From positions 393 through 64,392 of the forward strand of contig CAYZEI010000001.1 of NCBI GenBank assembly GCA_964477745.1: a stretch of DNA of 64,000 nucleotides, given 5' to 3'. Positions 63,849-64,000 of the stretch are shown piece by piece; within the stretch, counting starts at the first letter, position 1; each line of letters opens with the position of its first letter. The position numbers and the translations under genes are program-made. The notes under the pieces are model-generated. The model worked only from the letters and a program-made list of their open reading frames with translations, was not told the DNA's origin and did not search any database. This stretch comes from an uncultured Candidatus Saccharibacteria bacterium. GTDB lineage: Bacteria > Patescibacteriota > Doudnabacteria > UBA920.

Positions 63849-64000
63849 CAATCTTCTGCTCCGGCACCGTTGTCGAAGAAATAGTGCCGAATTGTTTTTC
63901 AAAACGACTGACATTGTCCTGCAGTGCTACAATTAATCGCTTGGCATGCGCCGGAGAAACAATGACCCGCGCCACTAAGCTACCGGATGGTGGGGTTATA
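63849..64000 (-). CDS. 3' end of an upstream gene running off the window (C-terminus ...STTVPEQKIGFKTE), identity unknown
   Basis: Open minus-strand frame to the window edge, stop at 63849. Too short and unrecognisable to name (dnaK, grpE or hrcA are possible by context only). Confidence 0.3.

Noticed and set aside
1-64000. CRISPR arrays, rRNA genes, integrase/transposase genes
   Set aside because: I looked for regularly spaced 25-40-bp direct repeats, rRNA-like conserved blocks and tyrosine/serine recombinase or DDE motifs. None were found. The mobile-looking features here lack recognisable recombinases.

Overview
The window reads as a compact, AT-rich (roughly 38-40% GC), gene-dense bacterial region using the standard genetic code. 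Gene content and style suggest a Patescibacteria/CPR-like genome: type IV pilin, ComEC without an MBL domain, DprA, an LCP protein, class II B12-dependent RNR, and many short intergenic gaps. I could not run any searches, so all homology calls rest on remembered family motifs. Recognisable housekeeping genes include groES-groEL with a CIRCE operator, fpg, relA/spoT, ndk, a cyclophilin, comEC, nrdR-nrdJ, cobO, ftsZ, ftsA, rpsU, yqeY, hisS, lepB, der, pth, dprA, topA, ndh, a MacAB-like efflux set, dnaJ, tRNA-Val(CAC) and tRNA-Lys(TTT). The most unusual structure: ftsA and ftsZ lie on the same strand but are separated by about 11 kb. That stretch holds two terminator-bounded modules: three Pro/Ala-rich, compositionally GC-rich envelope proteins, and an operon of a 572-aa acidic protein, a 109-aa acidic protein and a 1630-aa giant coiled-coil membrane protein with glycine-zipper hydrophobic hairpins. 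Other accessory signals: (i) a family of roughly 85-100 bp nested-hairpin intergenic elements (arms TTACGAAGTACGAA / TTCGTACTTCGTAA), one copy carrying a GxxExxY-type PD-(D/E)xK nuclease gene in place of its central loop (a candidate autonomous element with MITE-like derivatives); (ii) at least three further families of intergenic inverted-repeat fillers that exactly span stop-to-start gaps; (iii) a tRNA-Lys integration hotspot with nested direct repeats of the tRNA 3' end bracketing an ankyrin-repeat gene; (iv) a free-standing two-motif LAGLIDADG endonuclease gene overlapping the topA start, preceded by a small GC-rich islet with two tiny membrane proteins; (v) a coherent cobalamin scavenge-and-use module (DUF4430-like lipoprotein, CobO adenosyltransferase, NrdJ, NrdR) with candidate NrdR boxes.
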